Below are positions 12,831 through 29,149 of a DNA stretch of 64,000 nucleotides, piece by piece. The translations under genes and the position numbers were made by a program. The stretch is from Octopus vulgaris (lineage: Eukaryota), in the NCBI GenBank assembly GCA_951406725.2, contig OX597830.1, positions 7,192,001-7,256,000 on the forward strand. The letters run 5' to 3'. Every line of letters begins with the position of its first letter. Position 1 is the first letter of the stretch. Below the pieces are notes generated by a model. It had not been told where the DNA came from. It searched no databases and worked only from the letters and a program-made list of their open reading frames with translations.

Positions 12831-13997
12831 TGTATGTATGTATGTATGTGTGTATATTCATTATATATATAGTATAGACATATATAATACCATACTATTT
12901 TACTCCTACAAACGCTATATTACCTTAGAAGCAACTTTCTCCCCTAATTACCTGTATGCCTAAAATAATCAAATCTGCCCGTATTTTTTACCTGTTTATC
13001 ACGGTGAGCTCTGATGTCTTTTTTTGTGTTTTTACGTACATTATACATATTTAATTATTTTATTTTATTTTTAATGATTTGCGATTATAGTTTTTATAAA
13101 TAAATTTCTTCTTTTTTTTGTTTTTGGCAAATAAATTCATTTTTTTGTTATCAACTAATTTTATTTTATTTTATTTTATTTCATTATATTTTTTATTTCA
13201 ATTGCTTTTCGCTTTAGTTTTAATTAAATTTTCCGAAACGCATTCCCCACCCGACTCATTTTCCGCAAACTCTGAGATATCTAAAAATAGAAAAAAAAAC
13301 CCCCAAAAATTAAATAAATAAATTAATAAAAAAAAACAAATATAATGAAAAAGAAATCAAGAGAACACCACTTCCGGTTTCCCCACCGTCACTTCCACCC
13401 CGTTCGTGGTTGTATCGTTGTTAATCTCGAGCGAGGAATCTGTTTGAACGTACGATCGTAACCCCACTCTTCGTTAAGTGACACACATAGGTATACACAC
13501 GCGCGCATACACGTGTACGCAAGCTCACATGCAGCATACGCAGACGCATACATATGCACATTCACGCACACATGTGCAAATAGAGCCAAGCATGCGCATA
13601 AACATACATACATATATATATACTCGCTCAAGCTAGACGCAATACACGTGTACACACGCATTCATGAATCTCTCTCTCTCTCTCTATCTCTCTTTCTCTC
13701 TCTCTCTCTATTTCTTTCTCTCTCTCATCATCCCTCTCTGTCTTTCTCGCTGTCAGTCCTTGTCTCCTCTCCCTCTCTCTCATTCCTCTCCCTCTCTCTC
13801 ATTCCTCTCCCTCTCTCTCTCATTCCTCTCTTTGTCTTCGTTTCTCTCATTCTCTCTCTCTTTCTCACTCTCTCTCTCTCTTTCACACACAAACACTTAC
13901 ACGAACGTTATCTTTTTAGATATGTATGCATGTAGGTATCTATTCAACTGTAACCCCGTGCGGATGTATATATTAATATAAATATATATATATATGT

Positions 13998-14091
<94 letters not shown>

Positions 14092-14259
14092 TTATATGCA
14101 TGTATATGTGTATATGTATTTATATACATATATATATGCATATGTATTTATGTGTGTGTGCATATATATATACACACACACACACACATATATATATATG
14201 TATATATATATACATATACATTATATATATATGTATGTATATATGTATATATATGTATG

Positions 14260-14307
<48 letters not shown>

Positions 14308-14495
14308 TATGTATGTGTGTATGTGTGTTATTCAAATTTCTCTCAAATATATGTAGAGAGAGATGTCTTGTCAGACATAGATACACAGACAAGTAGACTG
14401 ATAGATTGAGATTCAGAGAGAGAGAGAGAGAGGATAACCACGCACAAATAGATGGATAGATTGCCAGATAGAAAAATCCGTATATATACGTTTAT

Positions 14496-14542
<47 letters not shown>

Positions 14543-14877
14543 GGAGAGAGAGAGATAGATAGATAGATAGATAGATATATAGATAGATAGATAGATACAT
14601 AGATAGATGCATACATGCATACATACATACATACATACATACATACATACATACATACTGCATACATTCATATATACATACGTGCATCATGCATACATAT
14701 ATGTATATACGTAGATTCACAATGACGTTCACACATATACATGGACAGTGTTTCTATAAACGTCTTTATATGTTTTTGATTATAGTAATTATTTTACCTC
14801 TGATTCTAAATAAGAATATATCTGCATATTTCATGACATTATATGCATCTGTACATGTTCCTACACTCTTGAACATT

Positions 14878-14908
<31 letters not shown>

Positions 14909-14923
14909 GTATGTATATATTTA

Positions 14924-15001
<78 letters not shown>

Positions 15002-15024
15002 CCCATATATATATATATATACAT

Positions 15025-15060
<36 letters not shown>

Positions 15061-15274
15061 GCACATATGTATATATATACATGCACATACACATTCATAC
15101 ATATATATGCTCGTGTGTAGTGGGTGGAGTATAATATATGTATAAGTAGCACACACATACTCCAATATTTCTACTTCGTCTACAGTGAGGCTTTGAAACA
15201 TTTGAATTTTTAAAACTCTTTCTGATTGATATGTGTGTGTGCATGTGTGTGACTTCAAGCAATAACATGGGCAG

Positions 15275-15645
15275 GAACAAAACATGCAAGAGACCCAACT
15301 AGGCCCTATGTCTTAACCTGGTGGAGGGATCGGAGACCCGTCTCCAATAACAACTCTACACAAAAAAATGAATTCATATGTGCATCTATAGCTTTAATGC
15401 ATAGAATTTCGCTATCAGGATGTGAAGAATATTACATCGTGCAAACCGCACGATCTTTAAGAAAACGCATGATTCTGCATAGATCACAAATTAAAATACG
15501 GGGTTACAAAGGAAGAGGATTCACTAAGTAACACCTCAAGTTTACGATTTTCTCTTTATATTAATTTAGCGATTACACAACTCAGCAGTAATCCATCAAC
15601 GAAGAAATAACCTTTCCGAATAAATACCACCTATATCTAAATAAT
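15275..15645 (+). pseudogene. PLE (Neptune-like) GIY-YIG endonuclease relic
   Basis: [61 protein letters not shown]: Cys-rich linker, YIxQT, catalytic R and terminal LN. Confidence 0.65.
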
Positions 15646-15890
15646 TGTGGAAGAGAAAGTACAACAGGATTCCTAGGCATTGATGTTTCTAGCTCGTTGG
15701 CTTTTATCAAAGGGAAGTACCTAAGAGAGGATCCTGAGATTCCCGATAGATGGCGACACGGGACAGATTGAGTGTTTTCACACCTCTTTACCACAAGAAA
15801 ATTTTCTCTATGGCAACTGCAGTGGATTTGCCTTTTAGCTGTTGAAATATGTTAAAAACATCTTAACTAACCTAAATTTTGCTCATGTCT

Positions 15891-15939
<49 letters not shown>

Positions 15940-16290
15940 ATATTTAGCATATACACCATGTATGTAGTAAGCATCAAGTATTTGATTTGCTCACCTTACA
16001 CCCGCATCTGTCCTTATGTAAGATAAGCCTCTACGAACCTCCTCGAACAAAACATCGCAGGTGGGAGATCGATCAATCATGTACAGACAGGCGCGTTTAT
16101 TGAACCAGATTGTGTTTCTTTCCTTTGTGAGATCGCAACATACGGATTCGTCAGGTAGATGTATTTGGGAAATGGGGAGAGAGGAACTTTTACCTCCCCG
16201 ATTCAAAACAGGAATCTTGAATTACCATTTTGACAAGACGGGAAAGTTTATACATCTTTGAGCTTCCATTAACGGTGGGAGAATCTACAA

Positions 16291-16395
16291 TGATCAGACG
16301 CGTTTCGGAAGCTGAAATTCTTGCCCTAATGTGAAATTCCGCAACGTGAAACGTAAGATCGATGGGAAAATGGGTTTCACATTACAGAACTTCAT
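16291..16395 (-). ncRNA. Partial hammerhead relic (long stem II plus GAAA-CGCG-UC; 5' core lost)
   Basis: Minus strand: tgaagttct/agaatttca and aatgtgaaa/tttcacatt pair, followed by CGAAACGCGTC. No intact CUGANGA upstream. Confidence 0.35.
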
Positions 16396-16993
16396 ATTAT
16401 TGAAGGATTTCTTAAGTTAGCGATTCCGTTATGCTGGAGCTGTGTGTATCAAATAGAAGGAGAAAGAAGGAAGGGTTCAAAGACAGCCGAGACTCTAATA
16501 TTCTGAACTATATAGAGAGAGTATTTGGCCGAAGTAGGGGACGATAGAGGTTTGTAGACTTTACTGCATCTCACAATCGGAAAAATTCCTCTTCCTAGCA
16601 ATGTTGTGAAGTCACTTGACCTCGTGGTAAGCCTGTTGGGCTCCGGAGTCATAAGACCAGGGTTTCGATTCTTGGAGTGGGTGACACAGTGTGTGCTTCA
16701 ACAATGCTCTTCATTTAACATTGCTCAAGTTTATGCAGTTAAAAACGTGAACCAGCAGAATGGTGGCGCCACCACTCTCTCTTTCCAGCTATCACATCTT
16801 GGATGTGTCTCTGGATCATGCGTGAGAGAACCAAGAGGATCTCAATGTCTCGCCGAGACTAACACAAATAGGCAAAGCATCATACACGCTACCATAACAT
16901 ACTCGCTTGCAAGTGACGACCATGATTGTCATTATGTGTTTATAACAGGTAAAAGTTCGCGTTCATTTATTTCTTTTTAACACTATGACTCTA

Positions 16994-17195
16994 AGACGGC
17001 GAGCTGGCAGAAACTTTAGCACGCCAGACGAAATGCCTAGCGGTATTTCGCCTGTCTTTACGTTCTGAGTCCAAATTCAGCCGATATCGATTTTGGCTTT
17101 CATCCTTTCGTGTCGATAAATTGCGTACTGATGTCGATTTAATCGACTGGCTCCCTCCCCCAAAATTTCGAGCTTTGTGCCTAGAAGAGAAACGA
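16994..17195 (+). mobile_element. SINE family B, near full length
   Basis: aagacggcgagctggcagaaac...ggctttcatcctttcg...cccaaaatttcgagctttgtgcctag. Confidence 0.8.
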
Positions 17196-17228
17196 TTAAC
17201 ACTATGCCTATCATTTTATCTCTTACAC

Positions 17229-17463
17229 TCTTTTACTCCTTCACACGTTTCTGTCATTTGACTGCGGCCATGCTGGAGCACCACCTTTAATCGAACAAAT
17301 CGGCCCCAGGACTTATTCTTTGTAAGCCTAGTACTTATTCTATCAGTCTCTTTTGCCGAACCGCTGGATTTCGGGAACATTAACACACTAACATCGGTTG
17401 TCAAGCGAAGTGGAGGGTGGCAAACACAGACTCTAAGATACACAAATATATATATATACATAC

Positions 17464-17513
<50 letters not shown>

Positions 17514-17674
17514 ACGGGCTTCTTTCAGTTTCCATCAACCAAATCCACTCACAAGGCTTTGATCGGCCCGAAGCTATAGTAGAAGACACTTGCCCAAGGT
17601 GCCACGCAGTGGTACTGAACCCGGAAACATGTGGTTGGTATGTAAGCTACTTACCATACAACCAAGCCTACACC
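17229..17674 (-). mobile_element. SINE family A
   Basis: Reverse-complement match to the other A copies, with internal (TA)n. Confidence 0.85.
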
Positions 17675-17677
17675 TTT

Positions 17678-17750
<73 letters not shown>

Positions 17751-17871
17751 TGTGCGTGTGTGTATGTTTAGCATATACATCGTGTATGTTGTAAGCGTCA
17801 TGTATTTGACTCGTTTATAATCAATATACATAACATTAAATTAAATTGTTAATTTATTAGGGCTTCTGACG

Positions 17872-18200
17872 TGGAGGCGCAATGGCCCAGTGGTTACAAG
17901 AGCGGACTCGCGGTCGTACGATCACGGTTTCTATTCCCAGACCGGGTATTGCGGGTGTTTATTGAACGAAAACACCTAAATTCCATGAGGCTCCACAGGA
18001 GGTGGGGGCGAACCCTGCTGTACTCTTTGATCACAACTTTCTCTCACTTTTTCTTCCTGTTTCTGTTGTATTTCAAAGCGGCCAACCTTGTCACATTCTG
18101 TGTCACGCTGAATCTCCTTGAGAACTATGTCAAATGTGCTCAGCCACTTGCACGTTAATTTCACGAGCAGGTTGTTCCGTTGATCGGATCAAATTGGACA
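17872..18200 (+). mobile_element. tRNA-derived SINE family C
   Basis: A-box TGGCCCAGTGG and B-box-like GGTTTCTATTCCC. The 3' body (ccttgtcacattctgtgtcacg...gttccgttgatcggatcaa) is shared with 53140-53430. Confidence 0.7.
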
Positions 18201-18244
18201 GAGTGCCTTGGTTTCTAACGGTTATATAACGTTTATCTTTGCTA

Positions 18245-18600
18245 TGGTTCCGGGATCAGTCCCACCGCGTGGCGTCTCGGTCAAGTGTTTTCTACTATAG
18301 CCTCGAGCCGACCAAAGCCTCATGAATGGATTTGGGAGGCAGAAACTAAAAGAATCCCGTCGTATATTTGTGTGTGTTTGTGTCTTTGTGTCTTCGCTCT
18401 CCGAGGTGTGACAACCGATGTTGCTTTGTTTACGTCCTCGTAATTTCGTGATTCCGCAAAAAGCATCCGATAGAAAAAGTACCTGACCTTAAAGAAACTC
18501 TAGATACTCGGGTCGATTCATTCGACCAAACAAATTCTTCATAGCGGTGCTCCAGCATGGTCTCAGCCTAATGATTAAAACAAGTAAAAGGCCAAAGATA
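18245..18600 (+). mobile_element. SINE family A, 5'-truncated and diverged
   Basis: atggttccgggatcagtcccac...gcggtgctccagcatgg...aaacaagtaaaag. Confidence 0.8.
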
Positions 18601-19250
18601 ATATATATTTATTGATAACACTACGTCTCTCATCGTATCCATTATGTATTGATTACCAATATATACTTGATATGGTATTACACTGTTATGATATTATATT
18701 ATAGTTTATTACGGTTATTTAACTATTATCTTTACTAGCGTAAAAAAAAAACTAGAGATTGTGAGAAGGTTCCTGTATTTAAGCGAAAATATTGTTTTAA
18801 TACATGTATATATGTGTAAAATGTGTGTGCGTGTGTTCATGTGTGTGTTTGTGTGTGTTTGTGTGTGTTTGTGTGTTTGTGTGTGTGTTTGCTTGCTTGT
18901 CTCTTCGTAATATCTGCCCTAAACAGAGGAAAAAGATTACCTCATCAGGGGTTGTTTTTTTTGTTTTTTTTTTTTGGTGTGTGTGTGTCTGGAGGTGGCG
19001 GTGGTGGAGGTGGAGCTTGACCAAGCGAATGAGAGAGACTAGAACAATGACAACAGCAACAATCTGACATGACATATGTCTGTAAGGTTCAAGTGAATCT
19101 TGCTGGATCAGCTTTCCTGTATGTGTGTGTTTGTGTGTGTGTGTGTGTATGTGTGTGTTTGTGTGTGTGTGTGTGTGTATGTGTGTGTTTGTGTGTGCGT
19201 GTATGTGTGTGTACCGCAGTGTACACACAGAGAAACACTTGTACACACAC

Positions 19251-19289
<39 letters not shown>

Positions 19290-19840
19290 AATGCAAACCT
19301 ATAAATACACAGATCTCTATATAAACATATGCATATATTCACAAATATATGTATACACACACACACACAAACACAAATACACACACACACACATTTAACT
19401 GTATATGTACATATATAACTATACGCTCAGGCATACACACATATCTCTGTTTAACTCCACAGTTTATTTGCCGTTTAGAAGCAAGCTATAATGAACCATA
19501 ATATAAATTAATATCTACTATTGAAACGGTTAATAATATACTCACACGATATTCCATATTCATTGGCTAATGTTATTATTGTTGTTGTTATTATTATTAT
19601 TATAGTAACTGTTGTGGGTTTTTTTTCCTTTCTTCTCTTTTCCTCACACTTTCACTTTTTTTCAGACCAAGCTCACTCATTCCACCAACTCCCACCACCC
19701 CTCTCCGCCTTCTCTCTTTCTCCATATTCCTTGGTCTTCCTTTCTCTGCTAAAATATAAACTACATTATTGGAGATTACGCGATACCTGTGTCTGTGTGT
19801 TCGGCCTGACTGCACGTTTTAAATCACAGCGTTATATACA

Positions 19841-19938
<98 letters not shown>

Positions 19939-20103
19939 TACATACACACATACATACACACATATATATATATACATATATATTTTTATATATATATATA
20001 TGTATATATATACATAAATACATTCACTTACATATATATAAGGGTGCATACGTGTATGTATCAATACATACATGTAAATGCATACACACATAATGTATAA
20101 ATT

Positions 20104-20205
<102 letters not shown>

Positions 20206-20454
20206 TATAATGTATATAACAACATATATATTCCCATAAGTAGTTACATATATAATGCGTACAATTATATATATGGGTATATATATATATATATATATAT
20301 ACATGCACGCGCGCACACACCCACACACGAACACACAAAATCAGACAAACGTACACAGATGTACACACATACGCATGCTCACACACATACACACACACGC
20401 ACATACCCATCCATCTATCTACTGTCTTCCTCTCTACTCAGTCTAAATCTGCAG

Positions 20455-20800
20455 TGACCCCGTCAAGGAAGGATTTGCATTCGGCCACGCAACTCGCACT
20501 TCGGTGCATACACTTGCCTTATCCACACTGGCCCTTCCGTCAGCTAAACCTCAAGAGGAAAACCCTTCCAACGATTAGGATTCACTCCATAAGAGAAAAT
20601 GACAGTCGGGGTCTTTTAAGTGACCCCACTCCTGTGTGTGCTGTCATAGCTGACACCAGAATAGACAAATGTAGTTTCCATCAGGCCATCCCAGCTAAAT
20701 CTACGGTACCAGTGCCACGGGACCTTGTTGAAGGGACATCGATAGCGTGTAGTCGATATCTTTTGGCGTTTTTCACTAAAGGCTCTGGTATTACAATTCC
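20455..20800 (-). pseudogene. LINE (RTE-like) AP-endonuclease relic
   Basis: Minus translation gives AHTGVGSLKRPRL and VYAPK, resembling the GVG and YAP motifs of LINE APE domains. Heavily degenerate. Confidence 0.45.
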
Positions 20801-21146
20801 CATTTCTTAAAAGTTGTTCACTGCTGGGCACGCTTCTGGTTCTTGGAACACGTATCCCTTGGGCTCCTACTCAACGCGTGCAAGAAGAAGTTACAGATTT
20901 CTGGCTGGTTGTGTCCGCATTGACTGGAGACTGCAATATATTTTTCGAACGGACATCTCTACCTGGAATCCGAACGCTTCCCTTGTTAACCAGCGCGAAG
21001 GACGATACGATACGCAATTCTCCTATTTGAACACCTTTCATATTGCAATTTTAACGGTCTTATTCTCACCAAACATTATGCTGGGTATATATAAATATAT
21101 ATATATATATAGCAAAAGAGGGTGTGTATTTACATGCAGGATAAAA

Positions 21147-21409
21147 TATAGGCAAATCTGTTGTTGAAAATGCACCTAAATTTCAGAAACTTGTAATTGT
21201 TTAAAACATATATATATATATATATATATATACCAGACTAGTTTCAATAATATTTTTTGTTTATCAATGGCAAAAATTTAGAAATATGAATTAGAAAAAC
21301 ATGTTTAAAATATTGTTCAAACTAGTTTGCTATATATGTAAATAAATTTCATTTTAAACAAATACAAGTTTTTCAAATTAAGGTGCATCTTCAATAACAA
21401 TTTGCCTAT

Positions 21410-21410
<1 letters not shown>
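21147..21410. mobile_element. Short inverted-repeat element with hammerhead relic
   Basis: tataggcaaatctgttgttgaaaatgcacc...gtttaaaa is the reverse complement of ttttaaac...ggtgcatcttcaataacaatttgcctata. The inner arms carry GAAACTAGTC (minus) and CAAACTAGTT (plus). Confidence 0.7.
21231..21272 (-). ncRNA. Hammerhead relic (core CTGATGA>TTGATAA)
   Basis: Minus strand: TGCCA TTGATAA acaaaaaatattatt GAAA CTAG TC TGGTA. Stem I pairs, stem III is the palindrome ACTAGT, and the site is GUC. Confidence 0.45.
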
Positions 21411-21459
<49 letters not shown>

Positions 21460-21506
21460 ACATACATATATATGTATATATATATATATACATACATATA
21501 GGTATG

Positions 21507-21553
<47 letters not shown>

Positions 21554-22031
21554 GATTATTTTCATCCCTTTCAGGCATCCATCGTGCCTGACATTTTGTC
21601 AATCCTCTCCTGATGAGCCGAGCTGAACTTATTGCAATACTATTATGTGACTGATTACCGGTTACATACGCATTATGTTTATCATGATTCATATGTGACT
21701 CCGGGCCGCCTGAGACATCTGGTGCGCTTTGAAATTAAATGTTTCCTATCATATTCCGTACTTTTTTTCTGCCATTTCTCGTGATCCTTATAAAGATATC
21801 TGTACCAAGCCTAACTGTGTTTATCTCCCTCCATATTATTTCTACCTGGATTTCCCTTATAACCATTCTTGATGGCGTGGGCCCTGATGGCGTGGCCCTG
21901 ATGGCGTGGGCCCTGCCATACACGAAGTATTTGAAGTTTAACTCTTTTTAAGCACTACAATGTGTTTTCTATACTGAGCCTGAGCTGACCCAGCCCTCAC
22001 CTAAAGTGTGTGTGAGTGTTTGTGTTTGTGC

Positions 22032-22124
<93 letters not shown>

Positions 22125-23329
22125 CATGCATTCATATATATATTTTTAGAAGTGGGCAACAGAACATAAGCTGATCAGAGTTTCGGTAGTATTGTAAGGC
22201 ACTGGGTAAGCATCTTCTCTTGTAGTCACGGTCTGATCTACAGCTCGTGCGTGAAACACAGTAGATGGAAAGTGTGTAGAAGCCTTTCACTTGTGTGTGT
22301 ATGTTTATGCATGTGCTGTGTGTTTATCACACACCACATAGATGATTATCAATGTAATTTGTTATTAGATTCTCCCAAGTTGTATTGATTCTAAGAGAAA
22401 AGGTGGTATTAGTGACATATTCTCACATTTCTAATCGTACGCCCGCATTCTTGAAGATGTTGCAGAAACAAAAATCAATTTTAATACCGATTCACGTAAC
22501 TCCACATCCTTGGCAATGTCAGTGCTAGTGTAGGAAGAATTTAAAAACCTGGAGAAGATTGTTTGGTAAATAAGATGAGGAAAGCTGTGATTATAACGGG
22601 TGTGTTTTGCTGGAGTCGTGCAGGAACCTACCATTACCGATATTCTTTCATAACAGAGTCTGAAGACAATCTGAGGCACTTGGGGCCCAAAATTTGTTGC
22701 ATATGGACTATATATTGGGACATCAGTATAACCTACCGGGTGTCTCACACACACACCAATAATAACCATTGACGATTGTTGCATTTATCATCTTCTTGTC
22801 TCTTGCAAATTAAGTCCCAATTACCTACTCAGGTTAAAGACAAGAAATGCTCCCCGAAAGACGTTACGTGTTGGCTAACTGCAATTTGATGTGTAAGATG
22901 ATTTCTAGGTAAATCTTCTGTCAACGTTTGAGAATCCGAACTTCCCAAGAGATTTCTTCACGAGACATGCTTTATGAACACCTAGAAGCCACGCCTACAG
23001 TCATCTGGAGAAGTCCTAGTGTTTATCACAATGAAGAACAACGATTGGTTTGATGAAAAAAAAGGTAAGAAATGAAGAAGTTATGGGTTAAGAAGTGATC
23101 AGCCTACTAAATACGTTTTGTTTTGCTAAGAACCAATTTTCATTCTTAGGTTCCACAATGTGTTATGGACTCATCTTACAAAATGAACTCAGTTTTGTGC
23201 AGATGTTGGTGAATATAGACGGTCTCCTGACAAAGTTGTATGTGGCTCTGTGCTGCAAATCCAAAATCTCTTGCGCAATGGAGCCACTCAGGTGCTTCTT
23301 CTCAAATAAGAGCATCAGTCGTTGTGAGT

Positions 23330-23640
23330 TCATGATCAGAGCATTGCTAGATTCTCCTCAACTGAATCATGGACCACCACTGTTCATGATTCAGCAATTA
23401 TTAGCATCCCTCTTGAACATTTACTTTTTATTGCCCACAGGCAGTCAGACTTGCAGCGTGTAACACACTGCCTTGCGGATACTTCCCAATGTGGATCTGA
23501 GTCGTTCCAATAAGAGTCTTCGGACTTTCAGTTTTTTCAATATTGCAGCGTTTGTCACGCTCATTTTGCTGCTTATTATGCCCAATCTACGAAGGTTCCA
23601 CATCTCAAAGACATATAAATTATTTTTCATTACTCTTATT
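23330..23640 (-). pseudogene. RTE-clade LINE C-terminal relic
   Basis: LYVFEMWNLRRLGIISSKMSVTNAAILKKL resembles the RTE motif L.AFEMWC.RR.L.I.W...VTNE.VL. Confidence 0.55.
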
Positions 23641-24345
23641 GCCCACCATGTTGATGATAGACGACAACTGACGCAATATTACAGTTTTCTAGTCCCAATT
23701 TTAAAGCTTTTCGCCATGGAGGTTGAAAGTTGTGGACAAATCTGCTTACGATCCAGTTTTTTAAAAATCTCACTCTCTAGGAAGAACAGGAACAAAACCC
23801 TAAATGAAGTATCAAAGATAGCAGAGTGATATTCAAGCTGGATCTGGTCGACTTGAGAGTTACTTACCACAAAAGGTCTGCTTTATTCTTTGAGTAACTC
23901 CTTCTATAAGGTGACTTTTCTGAATTATTTTGGTTTGTGCACACGGGATTTGGCGCAGATTAGATACGAACACATATGTACATCTTACTACATGTTAAAC
24001 TTCATGGAGGTTTTATATAAGTATGTATATAGAAACATGCATATATACGCACATAAGTACATACAAAACAATCCTGTTTCTATAGTCTAAATTCCAATGG
24101 AAGCGCATTGTTTCTAGGCTAGAAACCAGCCCCTTCTCTGTTTGCGAGAAATGAGACAAAGCACAAAACAAAGCTGGAAAGCATACATATATATACACAC
24201 ACGTATATAAACATACATTCATGTACATATATGTTTGTATATATAAATACAGGCATGAATACCTTCAATGCATTTGTACCATTCAAGATAATACTATAAA
24301 TTCCATTCTTTGATACAATACATACAAACATTCAAAAACACACAA

Positions 24346-24419
<74 letters not shown>

Positions 24420-24427
24420 ATATATAT

Positions 24428-24485
<58 letters not shown>

Positions 24486-24966
24486 GTAATATATGTATGT
24501 ATATATATATACACACACATATATATATACATATATATATATATATTGTGTGTGTGTATACAGATATACATATATATACACACACATATACATATGAGTA
24601 TATATATGTATGTACGTGTGTATGTATGTAGGTATATACAATATATCTTTATATTGATAAAATGTAGATATAATACATATAACGCTCACACACACACACA
24701 CACACGCACACACGCACACACACACGCATGTATATTTGTATATAGATATAATGTAGGTATAATATTGCCTGTCTCTAGCTTCTATTCCTTCACATTTCAT
24801 ATATTTCAAAACCAGTAATAACATAGCACTGTATTCGTTATGTTTGCACATCTAGTAATTAACCACGTTGCTTTCATAAATGCTCAGCAAATATTATGTA
24901 TTAACATACTTATATTCTTGTATGTGTGCGTGTGTGTGCGTGTCTGTATAAGTGTTACATAAATGG

Positions 24967-25044
<78 letters not shown>

Positions 25045-25059
25045 CATATATATATATAC

Positions 25060-25103
<44 letters not shown>

Positions 25104-25158
25104 CTAAAACCTGAGAGACTTTGCCTTTCCCAATCGTTTCTGTATCGGTCTATCAATC

Positions 25159-25192
<34 letters not shown>

Positions 25193-25194
25193 TG

Positions 25195-25518
<324 letters not shown>

Positions 25519-25844
25519 TTCACTTATTTATTCATCTATTTATATCTGTGTATGTATATATATATACACATATATGTATGTATGTATGCCTATTCCTCTA
25601 TCTATTCATCTATTTATCTATCTATCTATAGATCGATAGATATATAGATAGATAGCTAAATACATGATAGGTAGATAGACAGAAGCTGGATATGGGTTGA
25701 ATGATAGCTACGCAGATATATATACACCTGTCTGTCTCTTTCTTTCTCTCTCTGTCTTTATCACTCTGTCTCTTTCTGTCCATCTCTCTCTCTCTCTCTC
25801 TCACTGCATATATACATATAAACATACATTTTAAATGCAAAGAC

Positions 25845-25890
<46 letters not shown>

Positions 25891-25939
25891 CTGTGTATAT
25901 ATTTATATATATATATGTGTATATTCACAATTAGATAAA

Positions 25940-26990
<1,051 letters not shown>

Positions 26991-27079
26991 ATACACACAT
27001 GCACTGCGTTTGTACACTATTTTCTGAAAGTGTGTACGCACCAGTTCTGCTAGATCATAATTTATATATATGTGTGTGG

Positions 27080-27143
<64 letters not shown>

Positions 27144-27448
27144 CACTGTATATACATATTTCATACATATATACATGCATGCACACACACACACCTATAT
27201 ATATATATATATATATATGCACACATACACATATATATCTATGTATGTATGTATACATTTCAGTATGTATGTGTAAGCGTGTCATTTTATATTTTCTCAT
27301 AACTATTAGTAGCTCGAGTCTTTATGCTGAGTACATTAAATGATTTTTATCTCTCAGTGGATGGTGCATTTTTTTGTGTTTGTTTTTGATCTTACCATAA
27401 CCGAACAATAAACTATATATGTATGTATTGTATACATGTATGTATATA

Positions 27449-27508
<60 letters not shown>

Positions 27509-27547
27509 TATATACACGTTGAAAGGGACTTGTTGGATAAGTACTTA

Positions 27548-27670
<123 letters not shown>

Positions 27671-28118
27671 GTTAAAAACAGTTTACAAGGAAATATCTTG
27701 AGAAAAATATTAAAGAAAAATTTCAAAAATATATATTAGAATTTAATTAAAAATCATGTTTGTTTGGAAGTATCTATATATATATACACAGAAATGTATC
27801 AGTTCAAAAACAGTCGTATTTGGTAGTATATATATACACAGAAGGAGATATATTTAGGAGTTTACAAAGAATTTGAGATGAACCGATCTCAGGTATTCTT
27901 CGTCGACGCCCAGGATCGCCCCGAGATCGTCGTCGTACCTCCCCTCCAAAGAAGATGGCTTCTATATTTTACATTATCGAGCGATTACTGTTTCAATCTC
28001 ATTCTGAGATTTAATTATGCTTACTGTCAGTTTTTCGAAATCAGTGGCAAACGCCACTACAAAAACTCTTATATATTTGCAAGGAAGCCTTCACTTTCGT
28101 CGCATCCTGGTGGTTACC

Positions 28119-28160
28119 GGCCGTTGACAAGGGACAAAAATCCCGAAACTAGTCCGAACG
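28119..28160 (+). ncRNA. Hammerhead relic (core CTGACGA>TTGACAA)
   Basis: CG TTGACAA GGGA CAAAAA TCCC GAAA CTAG TC CG: 4-bp stem II, palindromic ACTAGT, GUC site, weak stem I. Confidence 0.4.
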
Positions 28161-29149
28161 TATCACTCAGGCTTGCGAGGAAGGGATGGCCTCCCTTTGC
28201 AAATACTTCAAGGGCACTGATATGGTGTCTAAAGCCAGCTAGAGACGACGATCTCTTGGGGCTATAAAGCTACAGTAACAACCCCTCCCCTATGTGGTTA
28301 GCCATGATAAGATGGCTTCTATACTTTACATTATTTAAATATTCTTTTACTCCTGAGATAACGATGGAGATTTTCTACGGTCATACAACCTGCTCGAAAT
28401 AGATTCCTAATTTCTGTCAGCTAACAGCCTAGTGTAATTTAAAGCAGAAAAAAATTTCTTTATATAGCCGCCCGTGATACACTTTGCCTGAGAAGAATCT
28501 GAATGTTCATGGCTGGAACGTCTTCGGCCATGAATTTTCTTCAATCACGATATTATCAATGAGGTTTCACTACTGTTCATTCTACAATGGATAAAATCCA
28601 TCAAATAGACAAGAGGATTTTGACGACACTATTACAATTAAATTTGATGTTGAACGGTAATGATCGTTAAAGTTCCACAAGATTACAAAAATTCAATTTT
28701 GCCTCGAGGTGACAGGATTATCAGTTTAACTCGATTTAGTTGGCGTATAAGCGACCGAGAGTACAATAATCTCCATCCTGGATGAGTAGCCAGTACCTTG
28801 CAGATCTAACTCTCACCTATTGCTGCAACTCAATATTTCAACAGAGTTGACTATAGCAACGTAAAATTAAATGTTTTGTTGAAAAACACAAGGTGCTACC
28901 CATGAATCGAAACCTCGATTTTACAGCCATGATTTCAAAACTCTTGACTATTCCGCGCAACTTCATATAGTGGTTTAAAAACAGTTCAAATAAATTTTGT
29001 AAAACTCTTGTGAGTGTAAAATTCGTAGCGATTCCTTTAGCATATTCTAAATAATCAGAAATAAAAACACCTGGTGACGAATGGATCGGGGATCGATTCC
29101 ATCGAAACACACAGTAGGTGTAAAATATGGCCAACATACAGTCTAAATA

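Noticed and set aside
21605-21720. CTGATGA followed by GC-rich sequence on the plus strand
   Set aside because: No GAAA box at a position closing a stem II.
21870-21916. Three 14-15-bp repeats of TGATGGCGTGG(G)CCC
   Set aside because: A simple local slippage minisatellite with no further structure.
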